Source: Spirochaetia bacterium
GTDB taxonomy: Bacteria; Spirochaetota; Spirochaetia; DSM-2461
Assembly: GCA_963668315.1 (NCBI GenBank)
Contig: OY764216.1
Coordinates: 1,216,001-1,280,000, forward strand
Direction of reading: 5' to 3'
DNA length: 64,000 nt
The notes under the pieces are model-generated. The model had not been told where the DNA came from and made no database searches. It saw only the letters and a list, made by a program, of their open reading frames with translations. How positions within the stretch are numbered: position 1 is the first letter of the stretch; every line of letters begins with the position of its first letter. This document shows, in pieces, positions 18,866 through 28,802 of this stretch. A program made the position numbers and the translations under genes.

Positions 18866-19420
18866 ATGAGAAAAATACTTGTGACGGTTATCATGCTTGC
18901 TCTCTGCTTTCCTGTTTTTTCCAAATCTCTGTATTTTGGATATCTTGCCATTGGTACTTCACTGGAGGATTGGAGCAGTTTTCATGGCGATCCAAAATCA
19001 AGCGATACAGACGGAGAATATACATTTCTCACTTATGCTGACAAATCTGTGGCTGATTATATAGCTGATATTACAGCCATCTTTACTAAAGGAAGGCTAA
19101 CAGACGGCTGGTATGATTTTACACAACTGGGAGATATGGCCTACCCGGAAAGCGCCTGCTTTCTTGATTTACGGGAAAAGATATCTCTCCTGTATGGGGT
19201 AGAACCTGTTTTTGACAGCCTCAGGTTGAAAGCATCTATCGATGAGACAATCACTTTTCCCTTAAAGGACCCGCCCTATGTTGTCAGGTGGGAAGTCCCG
19301 GAAGGAATAATCGTTCTCATATGGAGTACTCGTGGAATCGGCCTGGCCTATTCAACGACAGATGAGATAATTAAGGATTTCACCGGGAGTTATATTGATG
19401 GGGGAACACTTGGTCTGTAA
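18866..19420 (+). CDS. Hypothetical secreted protein
   Basis: GGAGG RBS and signal peptide. No family recognised. Confidence 0.6.
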   Translation: MRKILVTVIMLALCFPVFSKSLYFGYLAIGTSLEDWSSFHGDPKSSDTDGEYTFLTYADKSVADYIADITAIFTKGRLTDGWYDFTQLGDMAYPESACFLDLREKISLLYGVEPVFDSLRLKASIDETITFPLKDPPYVVRWEVPEGIIVLIWSTRGIGLAYSTTDEIIKDFTGSYIDGGTLGL

Positions 19421-19514
19421 AGGTCATTATAACCAGGGGTTCTGGAATGAGCAGGGATTGACTAGGAGATGTAATTTATCTATATTTCTTTTTATTAAGA
19501 ATTAAGGTATATAT

Positions 19515-19585
19515 GCGTCCGTCGTATAATGGTAATACCCCAGCTTCCCAAGCTGGAGCCGTGGGTTCGATTCCCATCGGACGCT
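19515..19585 (+). tRNA. tRNA-Gly (anticodon CCC)
   Basis: Acceptor stem GCGTCCG/CGGACGC, anticodon arm CCAGC-TTCCCAA-GCTGG, T arm GTGGG-TTCGATT-CCCAT. CCA is not encoded. Confidence 0.96.
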
Positions 19586-19694
19586 TAAGAAAAACTTAAA
19601 GGGTTGCGAAAGCAGCCCTTATACATTTATAACCCTATCCGATGGGGATCGAACCATCCAGCACGAGAATCACCGTGCTGAAGAGCGCCGACCC
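19571..19694 (+). repeat. tRNA-linked repeat, copy 1 (tRNA 3' end + hairpin + inverted T-arm copy)
   Basis: Collinear similarity to 30108-30226: TCGGACG, AGGG.TGC hairpin, TTTATAACC, TCC.ATGGGGATCGAACCAT, GCTGAAGA. Confidence 0.8.
19599..19620 (+). terminator. Hairpin downstream of tRNA-Gly
   Basis: AAGGGTTGC-GAAA-GCAGCCCTT. Confidence 0.65.
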
Positions 19695-19832
19695 GGGGGA
19701 GGAAAAGCCCGCAGGACGCGGGCGGCAGCGAAGGAGGCGGCTGGTAGGTTGAGGCAGGAAGACGGCGACGGAGTGGGATACTATTCTATTGAGGCATAAT
19801 TTCCAGCCGGAGGTCATTTCTGAATTATATTG

Positions 19833-21776
19833 CTAAATATTCTCTAGAGTAACTGATCCGCATTCGTTTTCATGAAGTAACTTTCCAGAAGGTAGTACAT
19901 AGGTAAAACTATCTGAATCGGAATTAATACGTGTGGGAAGTATAGCCCCTTCAATACTGAAAAGGGCCGTGACTCTCATCTCCCTGCCCTGATTGGTTAC
20001 TATGAGGCATTCCCGTCTTTTCTCCGATGGTAAGCCTGGTGTTATTGCGCATCCTATGTTTCCATTCTCACCTTGAAACTCCAAATCAACGTAAAAATGG
20101 AAGGTATCCATCTCCCAGAAACCGTTCCATCCATGACGGGAGATAATTTTCTGCTCCTCCATAAAATCGTTTGCCACCAGTTCCGCCTCTTTTCCGCTGG
20201 ATGTATCTCCTTTACTGTTTTTTAGGGCCCCATCTCCATAGAAAAACCACTGAATCTTTCTGCTCATCTGAGCTTTAATCTCTGTGATATCAATAATCCA
20301 GCCATCACCTGCAATTGTTTTCCGTTCAATTCCGACATTGTCATATGCCCCGTTATTTTCAATTAAGTGAACGTAGGCAACTTCGTCAAGATCAAGAACT
20401 CTCCTGATTCTTGCTCCACATCTTCTTTGGTCTTTTCCATCAATCATGATCGTGTTGTGGGCGCAGGTCTTTCTGAAGAATCCTTCATGATAGGGGCTTC
20501 CATAACCGGGATTTCCAGCTTCAGCAGCTCTGAAATTACTATTATCCGGATAGATGTTGAGAGACAATCTATCCGGATGGTCATGACCTCCTCCATCGGG
20601 AGAAGCTTTAATAACCGAAGTCAACCCAAGGCGGCGAATAGTAATCAATCCATCGGTTACAGTTAAAGGCGAATGGGAAAATGATGAATCGGTTATTTCA
20701 TCTTTGCCAGACAGAAATGCGTCCCGATTGTCTCTTATATAATGATGGTTCCGGACAAAGTATGCTAATGTCTGATCCATATTGCCGAATAATGCCTGTG
20801 CTCTTTCATAATGGCCTGACTTTTCTAATATCCTGTTTTCCGGCCAACCGTCGTTTATCAGAGGGAATTGGCCTGAAGGAAGAGCAAGGTCCAAGGGAGC
20901 CTTAAGCATAAGGGGGATGATATCTCCGGCAACTCCCTTCCGGCCTGATTCGAGACAGGCTGTTTCGTAGCAGAGCAGGGCATCCAGCGTGTAGTAGTGG
21001 TATAGGATGGATATTTCATACCACATCCCTCCCGGCTGAACACCATATTCCATTCCCCTGGATATTATGCGCTCGGCAAAGTGAAGAGATATTTCATCAC
21101 CGCAGGCTATGGCCGCAGCTGCGATGGCTGAAGCGTGCCAAATATGGATATTATGAACTTCCCAGGTTTGCCTCTTCAGTAACTTGATAGCTGGCGAAAA
21201 AAGCTTTTCACAGATAAGGTCGGACTCAATGGGGGTCATATGGCCTGAATATTTGAGAATGCGCCAAGTATGACATATATTAATCAGCCAGACCGCTTCG
21301 TCAAGAGACTGGGACTGGACTCGGCCCGTACCAGCTGCGATACCGTGCTCAACCTGAGCCCCGTAAACTAACGCATATCCTGATATTACTTTTAGGGCAT
21401 AATCCATCGCTTCCTTGTTGTCATCGATAACCCCGAGGAGGGCTGCAGATAAAGCGCTCTTCCCCTGATAGGTATGGCAGAAAGTATTCCAGCAGCGGTC
21501 AAAAATCACCCCTCGCTCCACATTTCCACAGGAGGGACAGACATGGCTGTGAGGTGAATCCCGGTTGAATGCAAGCTTGGTCTGGCAACGGGAACAGAGG
21601 TAGAGGTGCCCCCACTCACTGGGATTATCCGGATGGGGAAGCAAAATCTCCCGGGCAAGGAAATCCTTCACCTCACTCCTCCAGGAACTCATTGTTTCCT
21701 GCCATTTTTCCTCGGCTGCTCTTGCCCTCAATGCTTCTGCACTCTGCCCGATATAGACGGGATTGGATATGTTCAT
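19833..21776 (-). CDS. Heparinase II/III-family (oligo-alginate-lyase-like) polysaccharide lyase, cytoplasmic
   Basis: QSLDEAVW, HNIH.WH, G.WYE...YHYY, GHDHPDRL, AHNTIMIDG. N-terminal CxxC..CxxC. No signal peptide. Confidence 0.82.
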   Translation of the reverse strand: MNISNPVYIGQSAEALRARAAEEKWQETMSSWRSEVKDFLAREILLPHPDNPSEWGHLYLCSRCQTKLAFNRDSPHSHVCPSCGNVERGVIFDRCWNTFCHTYQGKSALSAALLGVIDDNKEAMDYALKVISGYALVYGAQVEHGIAAGTGRVQSQSLDEAVWLINICHTWRILKYSGHMTPIESDLICEKLFSPAIKLLKRQTWEVHNIHIWHASAIAAAAIACGDEISLHFAERIISRGMEYGVQPGGMWYEISILYHYYTLDALLCYETACLESGRKGVAGDIIPLMLKAPLDLALPSGQFPLINDGWPENRILEKSGHYERAQALFGNMDQTLAYFVRNHHYIRDNRDAFLSGKDEITDSSFSHSPLTVTDGLITIRRLGLTSVIKASPDGGGHDHPDRLSLNIYPDNSNFRAAEAGNPGYGSPYHEGFFRKTCAHNTIMIDGKDQRRCGARIRRVLDLDEVAYVHLIENNGAYDNVGIERKTIAGDGWIIDITEIKAQMSRKIQWFFYGDGALKNSKGDTSSGKEAELVANDFMEEQKIISRHGWNGFWEMDTFHFYVDLEFQGENGNIGCAITPGLPSEKRRECLIVTNQGREMRVTALFSIEGAILPTRINSDSDSFTYVLPSGKLLHENECGSVTLENI

Positions 21777-21867
21777 GGGAAGAGCTTAAGCCCGATCTTG
21801 CCCGGTGTCTTTCAGAATAATGTCCATTCCCATGCTAAATTTGAAGACAGAAGTCGTGAGTATGCAT

Positions 21868-21905
21868 TTTTATTATTTCCGGGTACGGAGTCTCCATTTG
21901 TGACA
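21868..21905 (-). promoter_or_regulatory. Putative AraC-family binding site upstream of the lyase gene
   Basis: Minus strand TGTCACAAATGGAGAC-N9-GGAAATAATAAAA. The same blocks occur at 24031-24069. Confidence 0.65.
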
Positions 21906-21937
21906 GGCCGGAAGGGTGTGATTTTGTTGACCGTTAA

Positions 21938-24064
21938 TTGGGCATGGCCTATACTTCTCCCATGCTAAACGTGCCCACCCTGACCCGCCGCAGAGAGATC
22001 CTTTCCCGTATCAGATCTCTCCTCATCCTCACCGTGCTTTCCGTTTTCATCTTTAACGGCGGTGTTTTTCTCATCTCCTTTAAACGGTTTTATATTAACC
22101 AGGTACTGCAGTCCAGACAGCAGATTGCCAAGCAGGTTTCCACCATGTTTGAGTTGATAATTAAGGATATGAAGGGGGCTTTGGGGCAGATTGGTCAAGA
22201 TAAGGCCTTTCTGGATTTGATTGAGAATTATGAGGACTCCTTTGACTGTAAAATGGATCTGGACAGCAAGGTAAACGAAATTGTTGTTTTTAATAAGTAT
22301 ATCGATTCGGTCTACCTCTATATGCGGGAGACGGGACAGATTTTTACCACCAGTCGGGGGCTTTATCAGTCGGACGAGCCATTTACCGACAGGGATATTA
22401 TAGAGCGCAAAGGGATCAGGGATATTTTTCACAGCGAGCCGAGGGAAGTCACCATTTCAGGGCAGAAGTCAGTTGTTTTTTCCATCGGGGCCCATCTGCC
22501 CCTTTATAAGGAAGAGAAGGACGCTCTGCTCCTTATTAATCTGGATATGCCCAAGATGGCCCAGGATCTTCTGGAGCGCTCCGAGGAGTTCCCCCGGACC
22601 GATCTTTCCATCATCACCTCCCGGGGACATAAACTCTCCACCGAGGATTTCAGGCAATTTGAAGTGGATTCCATTCCCCCCGGGGAGATCGCCCGCCTGG
22701 AGAACCGGATAATCGACGGGAAAAAGGCCAAGGTCATTCAGGTCACCTGGCATTCGGAGGAGCTGGACTGGTACTTTACCCTGGAATCTCATATCTCCCC
22801 TTACGCCTATCTTTTGAGCCATATCCATGTCTATCTTATCGTCTCCCTTCTTTTCCTGGCCGTTTTTCTCTCTCTTGTGGTCATTTTTTACGGAAAGTAC
22901 GCAGCCACTCTGGCCAAGGCGCTTAAGACCATCAACAACAGCGTATTCCGTGATTATGTGGCCGACCATCTTATTACCAGCCGGGATTTTGGAATTTTGA
23001 GAAAGAGCGGCTTTATCATAAACAGCCGGGGAAATTATATGTTTGCCCTGTTTTCCCTGAATGGGGAGATTCCCGAATTGAGGGAGAAAACCGCCGCCCT
23101 GGCCATTCCCAATATTCAAATTGAACTTATCTCCCTCAAGGACTCCTCCTTCTCCGTGCTTTTCTATCAAAAGAGGAGACTGCCCGAGGAGATCTTCAAG
23201 GAGAAAATTACTACCGCTCTCATGTCCCTGGTTCCTGCCGTCCGGGGGAAGGGGTTTATTGGCATGGGTGACGTGAGAAATCATTTTGATGAGATGCCCG
23301 ATTCCTTTAAGGAGGCCGTCAAGATGACCGGTTACAGACTGGCCCTGGGAAGAGAAACACTCATTCCCCATCGAACCATTGATACGGATCAGCCCTTTTC
23401 CTATCCCCGGACCCTTGAGGCCGGAATCATGAAGGCCATGACCGAAGGGGAGAGTGAGGAGCTTAGCCGTTGTCTGGAGGAGTTCTGGGATACCCTCATG
23501 AGGGACGATTCCCCCCTTAGTGACGAAAGTATTGTCTCCCAGATTTTCCGACTTCAAAACAGCCTGCTCAAGAGCCTGAGGGAGTCGGGGCTCTATCCGG
23601 CGGTAAGTCTGGATATCAGCCTCGAATGCCTGAAGGGTTCCGATTATCTCAAGGAGCAGCTCTTTCGGTATGCCGATCAGCTCTGTCATGAATGCTGCAG
23701 CATAAACCGGTCCTCCTCGGACAAACTTATAGAGAAGTTTCTCACCGCCATAAACCGGCGCTACATGGATCAGGACTTCAATCTGAATGCCCTTTCGGCG
23801 GAAACGGATTTTTCCCGCTCCTATATTGGGCGTATTCTCAGGGAACAGACGGGAAAGAACTTCAACCAGATTCTTAACGGCAAGAGAATTGAAAAGGCCA
23901 AGGCACTCCTGGAGGAGGGGAGGCTCATAGACGAAGCAGCTTCCCTGTCCGGCTTCAGCTATACCTCCTACTTTATAAGAATTTTCAAGGAGCTTGAGGG
24001 GGAAACCCCCGGACAGTACCAGGGACGCTTTGTCACAAATGGAGACAATAGGGCAGGGAAATAA
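21938..24064 (+). CDS. Membrane-anchored AraC-family regulator (sensor domain + C-terminal HTH)
   Basis: Two TM segments flanking a Cache-like region. C-terminal RIEKAKALL..GFSYTSYFIRIFKELEGETPGQY. Exact start uncertain. Confidence 0.88.
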   Translation: MGMAYTSPMLNVPTLTRRREILSRIRSLLILTVLSVFIFNGGVFLISFKRFYINQVLQSRQQIAKQVSTMFELIIKDMKGALGQIGQDKAFLDLIENYEDSFDCKMDLDSKVNEIVVFNKYIDSVYLYMRETGQIFTTSRGLYQSDEPFTDRDIIERKGIRDIFHSEPREVTISGQKSVVFSIGAHLPLYKEEKDALLLINLDMPKMAQDLLERSEEFPRTDLSIITSRGHKLSTEDFRQFEVDSIPPGEIARLENRIIDGKKAKVIQVTWHSEELDWYFTLESHISPYAYLLSHIHVYLIVSLLFLAVFLSLVVIFYGKYAATLAKALKTINNSVFRDYVADHLITSRDFGILRKSGFIINSRGNYMFALFSLNGEIPELREKTAALAIPNIQIELISLKDSSFSVLFYQKRRLPEEIFKEKITTALMSLVPAVRGKGFIGMGDVRNHFDEMPDSFKEAVKMTGYRLALGRETLIPHRTIDTDQPFSYPRTLEAGIMKAMTEGESEELSRCLEEFWDTLMRDDSPLSDESIVSQIFRLQNSLLKSLRESGLYPAVSLDISLECLKGSDYLKEQLFRYADQLCHECCSINRSSSDKLIEKFLTAINRRYMDQDFNLNALSAETDFSRSYIGRILREQTGKNFNQILNGKRIEKAKALLEEGRLIDEAASLSGFSYTSYFIRIFKELEGETPGQYQGRFVTNGDNRAGK

Positions 24065-24069
24065 TAAAA
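24031..24069 (+). promoter_or_regulatory. Putative AraC-family binding site upstream of the ABC operon
   Basis: TGTCACAAATGGAGAC-N10-GGAAATAATAAAA, overlapping the end of the regulator gene. Confidence 0.65.
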
Positions 24070-24289
24070 TTGGAGAGGATTCGTCCTGGACTCCATTATT
24101 ATTATTTTCCGCTACATTTTTCTTAAAGACAGATCCCCAAATTCGGATTTAGTCTAAGCCCATGAACGAAAACAATCAAATCTGCATCACAGAGGAGGCC
24201 GATGTTCCCGGGATTAGTCCTGTGGTCCGGCGCTCCATGGAGGGGTCTCCCGATCCTTCGAATTATCCCGGTCTTCGGGGGACGGCAAG

Positions 24290-25207
24290 ATGAAAAAAAA
24301 CGAGTGCGATCTTGCCAAATATCTGAAGAGAAACAGATATAACTATCTGTTGCTCCTGCCCTGTGTCATCTATTTTATCGTCTTCAAGTATGTGCCCATG
24401 TACGGTGTCATCATCGCTTTCAAGGATTTCTCCTTTAGGAAGGGAATCATGGGAAGCGACTGGATAGGCTTTGAACATTTCCGTTACATGTTCGGTCTGG
24501 ACGATTTTTTTCAGGTATTCAAGAACTCCCTGACCCTGAGCGGATTGAAGATTCTCTTCGGATTCCCCGCGCCGATAATCCTGGCCCTGTTTCTGAATGA
24601 GATCAGGCATCCCGGGTTCAAGCGGAGCCTCCAGACTCTGATTTATCTTCCCCACTTCATCTCCTGGGTCGTACTGGGGGGAATCCTGCTCAATTTTCTC
24701 TCTCCCAGCTGGGGTATTATCAACGCCTTTATCAAGAATCTGGGGGGAGATCCCATCTTCTTCATGGCCGAGGAGAGATTCTTCAGACCCATAGTGGTTA
24801 TCTCCTCTATCTGGAAGGAGGCCGGCTGGGGCACCATCATCTACTTGGCGGCTATTACCGGAATCAGTCCCGAGCTTTACGAGGCAGCCTATGTGGATGG
24901 GGCCAATCGGATTAAGCAGACCTGGCACATAACCCTCCCGGGTATCAAGACCACAGTGATCATCCTGTTTATCCTGCAGATAGGAAAGATGATGAGTAAC
25001 GGGTTCGAGCAGATTTTTGTCCTGCAGAACAGCATGAACCTGTCCGTTTCCGAAGTCTTCGAAACCTATGTCTACCGAATCGGGCTTCTGGGGGGGCGCT
25101 TCTCCTTTGCAACAGCCGTGGGACTGTTCACCTCTGCCATTGGAATGATCATGCTCATAGCTACGAATCAGCTCGCCAAAGCCATGGGCGAGGAAGGACT
25201 ATACTGA
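24290..25207 (+). CDS. Carbohydrate ABC transporter permease (LplB/YteP-like)
   Basis: YLPHFISWV, EAA loop ELYEAAYVDGANR. Confidence 0.93.
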   Translation: MKKNECDLAKYLKRNRYNYLLLLPCVIYFIVFKYVPMYGVIIAFKDFSFRKGIMGSDWIGFEHFRYMFGLDDFFQVFKNSLTLSGLKILFGFPAPIILALFLNEIRHPGFKRSLQTLIYLPHFISWVVLGGILLNFLSPSWGIINAFIKNLGGDPIFFMAEERFFRPIVVISSIWKEAGWGTIIYLAAITGISPELYEAAYVDGANRIKQTWHITLPGIKTTVIILFILQIGKMMSNGFEQIFVLQNSMNLSVSEVFETYVYRIGLLGGRFSFATAVGLFTSAIGMIMLIATNQLAKAMGEEGLY

Positions 25208-25208
25208 T

Positions 25209-26108
25209 ATGACGGTTACCGGAATTAAAAGTAGAACGGCCCTGGCCGAATCGGCGGGAAGAACGGGAATAGGACTGTTCCTTACCCTCTTTGCCCTTTT
25301 ATGTATCTTCCCCTTCTTTTATGTGCTGACCTTTTCCATAACTCCCTACAGCGAGTATCTGAAGAATCCGACGAGCTTCATTCCCCATTCGCCCAATTTG
25401 GATGCCTACAGGGAGCTGCTGAATTTCCCCCTTATCTACAGCGGTTACAGAAACACCATCGTGGTTACCCTGGCGGGAACTCTACTGAACCTCTTTCTGC
25501 TGCTTATATCGGGCTATCCCCTCTCCAAGAGAGATCTGAAGGGGCGGAATTTTATTCTGGGGTTAATCACGTTTACCATGTTTTTCAACGGTGGACTGAT
25601 TCCCAATTACTACCTTATCAGGTCTCTTCATATGCTCAATTCCCTGTGGTCCCTCTTCATTCCCACGGCCATAAGCGCCTGGAATCTGATACTGATGAAG
25701 AATTTTATCGCCACTATTCCCAAGAGCCTGGAGGAAGCGGCCATTATAGACGGGGCCAATGAGATAGGAATCCTCTTTCGAGTCATCATTCCCCTCTCCA
25801 AACCGGCCATAGCCACTTTTACTCTGTTCCACGCGGTGGAGCACTGGAATACCTTCTTCTATGCCATTATCTACATATCCAAGAGGAGTCTCTGGCCCAT
25901 GATGCTCATTCTCAGGGAGATGGTTGTGGAAGATTCGGCGGGTATGGCCTCCGCGGCCAACGATGTGGGTATGGATGACATGTTTATCTCCCCCTTCACT
26001 TTGAAAATGGCCATTATCATCATCACCATAATCCCCATCCTCTGCGTGTATCCCTTTCTTCAGAAATTCTTTATGAAAGGAATGCTCGTGGGCGGGATCA
26101 AGGGATAA
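25209..26108 (+). CDS. Carbohydrate ABC transporter permease (LplC/YtcP-like)
   Basis: TMFFNGGLIPNY, SLEEAAIIDGAN, YPFLQKFF.KG..VGGIKG. Confidence 0.93.
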   Translation: MTVTGIKSRTALAESAGRTGIGLFLTLFALLCIFPFFYVLTFSITPYSEYLKNPTSFIPHSPNLDAYRELLNFPLIYSGYRNTIVVTLAGTLLNLFLLLISGYPLSKRDLKGRNFILGLITFTMFFNGGLIPNYYLIRSLHMLNSLWSLFIPTAISAWNLILMKNFIATIPKSLEEAAIIDGANEIGILFRVIIPLSKPAIATFTLFHAVEHWNTFFYAIIYISKRSLWPMMLILREMVVEDSAGMASAANDVGMDDMFISPFTLKMAIIIITIIPILCVYPFLQKFFMKGMLVGGIKG

Positions 26109-26163
26109 AAGTACGGTTCAAACCGGAGTATTTCGGTTAATATATTACTATCAGGAGTTTTTT

Positions 26164-27687
26164 ATGAGAAAAGAGAAAATCCTTCTCTGCTTATCGGCCT
26201 TTCTGGCCCTGCTATCCACTTCTTTGATTGCCAACGGGACTCAGGAGAGGGGAGCCAAGGGGGAAGGTCCCTTTGTGATTTCCATTGTCAATCGGGTCAA
26301 TGCGGACGTGGTTATCGAGAACAATCCGGTACTAGAGGCGCTTGAGGAACTGACAGGCTACAGGATAAATTACGAGGCCCCTCCCATCAAGAATTACGAA
26401 GCCCGGCTGCAGCTGCTTATGGCTTCGGGAGATATTCCCCAGATTATGTACAACCGTAACGGCAATGACTATATCAGCTGGTCGGAAGAGGGCCTTCTCC
26501 TTCCCCTGGAAGATTATGATGTGGTAGGAAACAGCGAGAAGTATCCCAACATCAATAAACAGGTTATTCCCGCCTACTGGTCCTCTACCTTCATTCCCGC
26601 CACCGGTCTGCACCATGCTATACCCAAGCCCCACCATCCCAATAAATACGGCATGGTTCTGAACCGGACCTGGCTGGAAAAGATCGGATTGGATGCTCCC
26701 GATACCTATGAGGAGTTCGAGGCAGTCTGTGAAGCCTTCGCTAATAATGATCCCGATGGAAACGGGCAGGATGATACCTACGCCTTTACCACTCCCACAA
26801 ATAGTCCCCTCTATGTGGAATTCCTCTACGGTCCGGCCAATTTTTCATCCGAGCTTCCCGTTGCCGATGCGGATGGGGAGTACCGGATCATTGAAAAGAG
26901 ACAGGGATATATCGATTATCTGACTCTGATGCGCAAGGCCTACGCCAACAAGTGGCTGGATCAGGAGTTCTTCACCAACAAGGATTACGCCGATTACGAC
27001 AAGTATGGCCAGCAGAGAATCGGCATAATGCGGGAAAAGCCCATAAATGCCATTAAAGTTCCCGCCAACGCGGGTTTGGATTTTAGAGAGTCCATGTTCT
27101 ATCCCTCTCTGGAAGCTCCCGACGGCACAAGGACCAACTACAACGCTCCTCCCGTATGGGGTTCCTGGTCACTTACCCAGACCGCTACGGATAGTGCCGA
27201 CAAGGTGCTGGATTTTATTGAAAAGTGTTACTCCAAAGAAGCCACCCTTCTTCTCTTCGGGGGAATCCAAGGCGTCCACTACAACAGTTGGAACGAGGAG
27301 ACCCGAACCCTGGACCTGACAAAGGAGCAGGCCGCCCTGGCGGTAAATGTGGCCAGCCCCTACATGGACTTCACCAATACCTGGCTTGGCAATATGATCG
27401 CCCTTCCCAGTCAGATTGATACGGATGAAAAAAGGGACGCCTATATAAAATATCACAAGGTCTTTGACGACAATGTGAATCTTGTGACCTACGGCTCCTA
27501 TATCTATCCCAAAAAGGTTGCCTTTGATCAGGACAATCCTGATCTCCTTAAAAAGAAGGAGAGTAAGGAGATTGAGTACGTGGTAGGAAAAATCTCCCGC
27601 GATGAATTCCTCGCCTTTCTCAATGCCGAATGGTATCCGGCCTGTTCCGATTGGGAAGGGGAGTACTTAGAGATTATGTCCAAATAA
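26164..27687 (+). CDS. Carbohydrate ABC substrate-binding protein
   Basis: IANG signal peptide, MASGDIP, NRTWLEKIGL..P.T, DPDGNGQDD. Confidence 0.9.
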   Translation: MRKEKILLCLSAFLALLSTSLIANGTQERGAKGEGPFVISIVNRVNADVVIENNPVLEALEELTGYRINYEAPPIKNYEARLQLLMASGDIPQIMYNRNGNDYISWSEEGLLLPLEDYDVVGNSEKYPNINKQVIPAYWSSTFIPATGLHHAIPKPHHPNKYGMVLNRTWLEKIGLDAPDTYEEFEAVCEAFANNDPDGNGQDDTYAFTTPTNSPLYVEFLYGPANFSSELPVADADGEYRIIEKRQGYIDYLTLMRKAYANKWLDQEFFTNKDYADYDKYGQQRIGIMREKPINAIKVPANAGLDFRESMFYPSLEAPDGTRTNYNAPPVWGSWSLTQTATDSADKVLDFIEKCYSKEATLLLFGGIQGVHYNSWNEETRTLDLTKEQAALAVNVASPYMDFTNTWLGNMIALPSQIDTDEKRDAYIKYHKVFDDNVNLVTYGSYIYPKKVAFDQDNPDLLKKKESKEIEYVVGKISRDEFLAFLNAEWYPACSDWEGEYLEIMSK

Positions 27688-27714
27688 TTTCTCATTATTA
27701 AAAAATCATTTTAC

Positions 27715-27740
27715 GGCTGTTTCCGAGGAGGCAGCCTTTT
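27715..27740 (+). terminator. Stem-loop with T tract after the binding-protein gene
   Basis: GGCTGTTTC-CGAG-GAGGCAGCC-TTTT. Confidence 0.6.
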
Positions 27741-27767
27741 CTCAATTTACCGAAACAGGAGAGTTTC

Positions 27768-28802
27768 ATGTCAGACAAGATGGCCCTGTCAGAAGCGGGC
27801 TTTATTATGAGGTATGCGGGGAATCCTATCCTTTCCCGGGAGGATATTCCCTACGAGGCGGATCTTGTGTTTAACGCGGGAATCGCAAAGTTCAATGGAA
27901 AATATATCATGGTATTCAGGAATGACTATCATATGAAGGATGAAGCGCTCCCTATGCCCTCTACCAATCTGGGGCTTGCGGTGAGCGATGACGGATTAAA
28001 CTGGGTTCCCGATGCGGAGCCCATGGTTACCCTGGAACGGGCACGGGAACTGGGGGGCAGCCTCTACTCCAACCGGGATGCCCGGGAGATAAGTAGATTT
28101 TACGATCCCCGTCTCACCGTCATAGACGGGAGGTGTTACCTCTGTTTTGCCGTGGATACACCCCACGGAGTTCGGGGAGGCATTGCCGTGACAGATGACC
28201 TTAAGGAGTTCGAGATACTAACCCTGACTGTCCCGGATAACAGAAATATGGTTCTTTTCCCCGAGAAAATCGGCGGCTATTACTACCGCCTTGAGCGTCC
28301 CTTTCCCATCTACGGGCGCAGCGAGCCGGAAGCTTTTGACGTTTGGATATCCCGGAGTCCCGATATGGTTCACTGGGGTGCTTCGGACCTTGTGCTGGGG
28401 GTGGAGGATGTTCCCTTCTCCGACCGGAAAATTGGCCCGGGGGCTCCCCCTGTGAAGACGGAAAAGGGGTGGTTAACCGCTTTTCATGCGGTGGACTACG
28501 ACGAGGACCGGGGTAAGAAGGGTTGGGAGAAAGCCTGGAAGAAGCGGTATACAATCGGACTGATGCTGCTGGATCTTGAAGATCCGTCCAGAGTGCTCAA
28601 GGTTGCGAAAACTCCTCTTATGATTCCCCGGGCCGATTATGAAGTGAGCGGGGGATTCAGGAATGACGTTCTCTTTCCCGGCGGACTGATCCTGGAAGAT
28701 TCGGGGGAGGTGAAGCTCTACTATGGAGCCGCCGACACAGTAGAGTGCCTGGCTACGGCCACTCTAAATGAACTACTGACTTTCTTGGATAATGAAGGAT
28801 AA
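27768..28802 (+). CDS. GH130 family beta-mannoside phosphorylase/hydrolase
   Basis: NPIL, VFNAG, SDDGLNW, YDPRL, NRNMVLFPEKI, KIGPGAPP, YYGAADT. Confidence 0.9.
   Translation: MSDKMALSEAGFIMRYAGNPILSREDIPYEADLVFNAGIAKFNGKYIMVFRNDYHMKDEALPMPSTNLGLAVSDDGLNWVPDAEPMVTLERARELGGSLYSNRDAREISRFYDPRLTVIDGRCYLCFAVDTPHGVRGGIAVTDDLKEFEILTLTVPDNRNMVLFPEKIGGYYYRLERPFPIYGRSEPEAFDVWISRSPDMVHWGASDLVLGVEDVPFSDRKIGPGAPPVKTEKGWLTAFHAVDYDEDRGKKGWEKAWKKRYTIGLMLLDLEDPSRVLKVAKTPLMIPRADYEVSGGFRNDVLFPGGLILEDSGEVKLYYGAADTVECLATATLNELLTFLDNEG

Noticed and set aside
19635..19817. Small ORFs over the tRNA-linked repeats (19635-19817, 30126-30383, 30129-30341)
   Set aside because: They have no RBS or protein-like features. 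The region is better explained as structured non-coding repeat.
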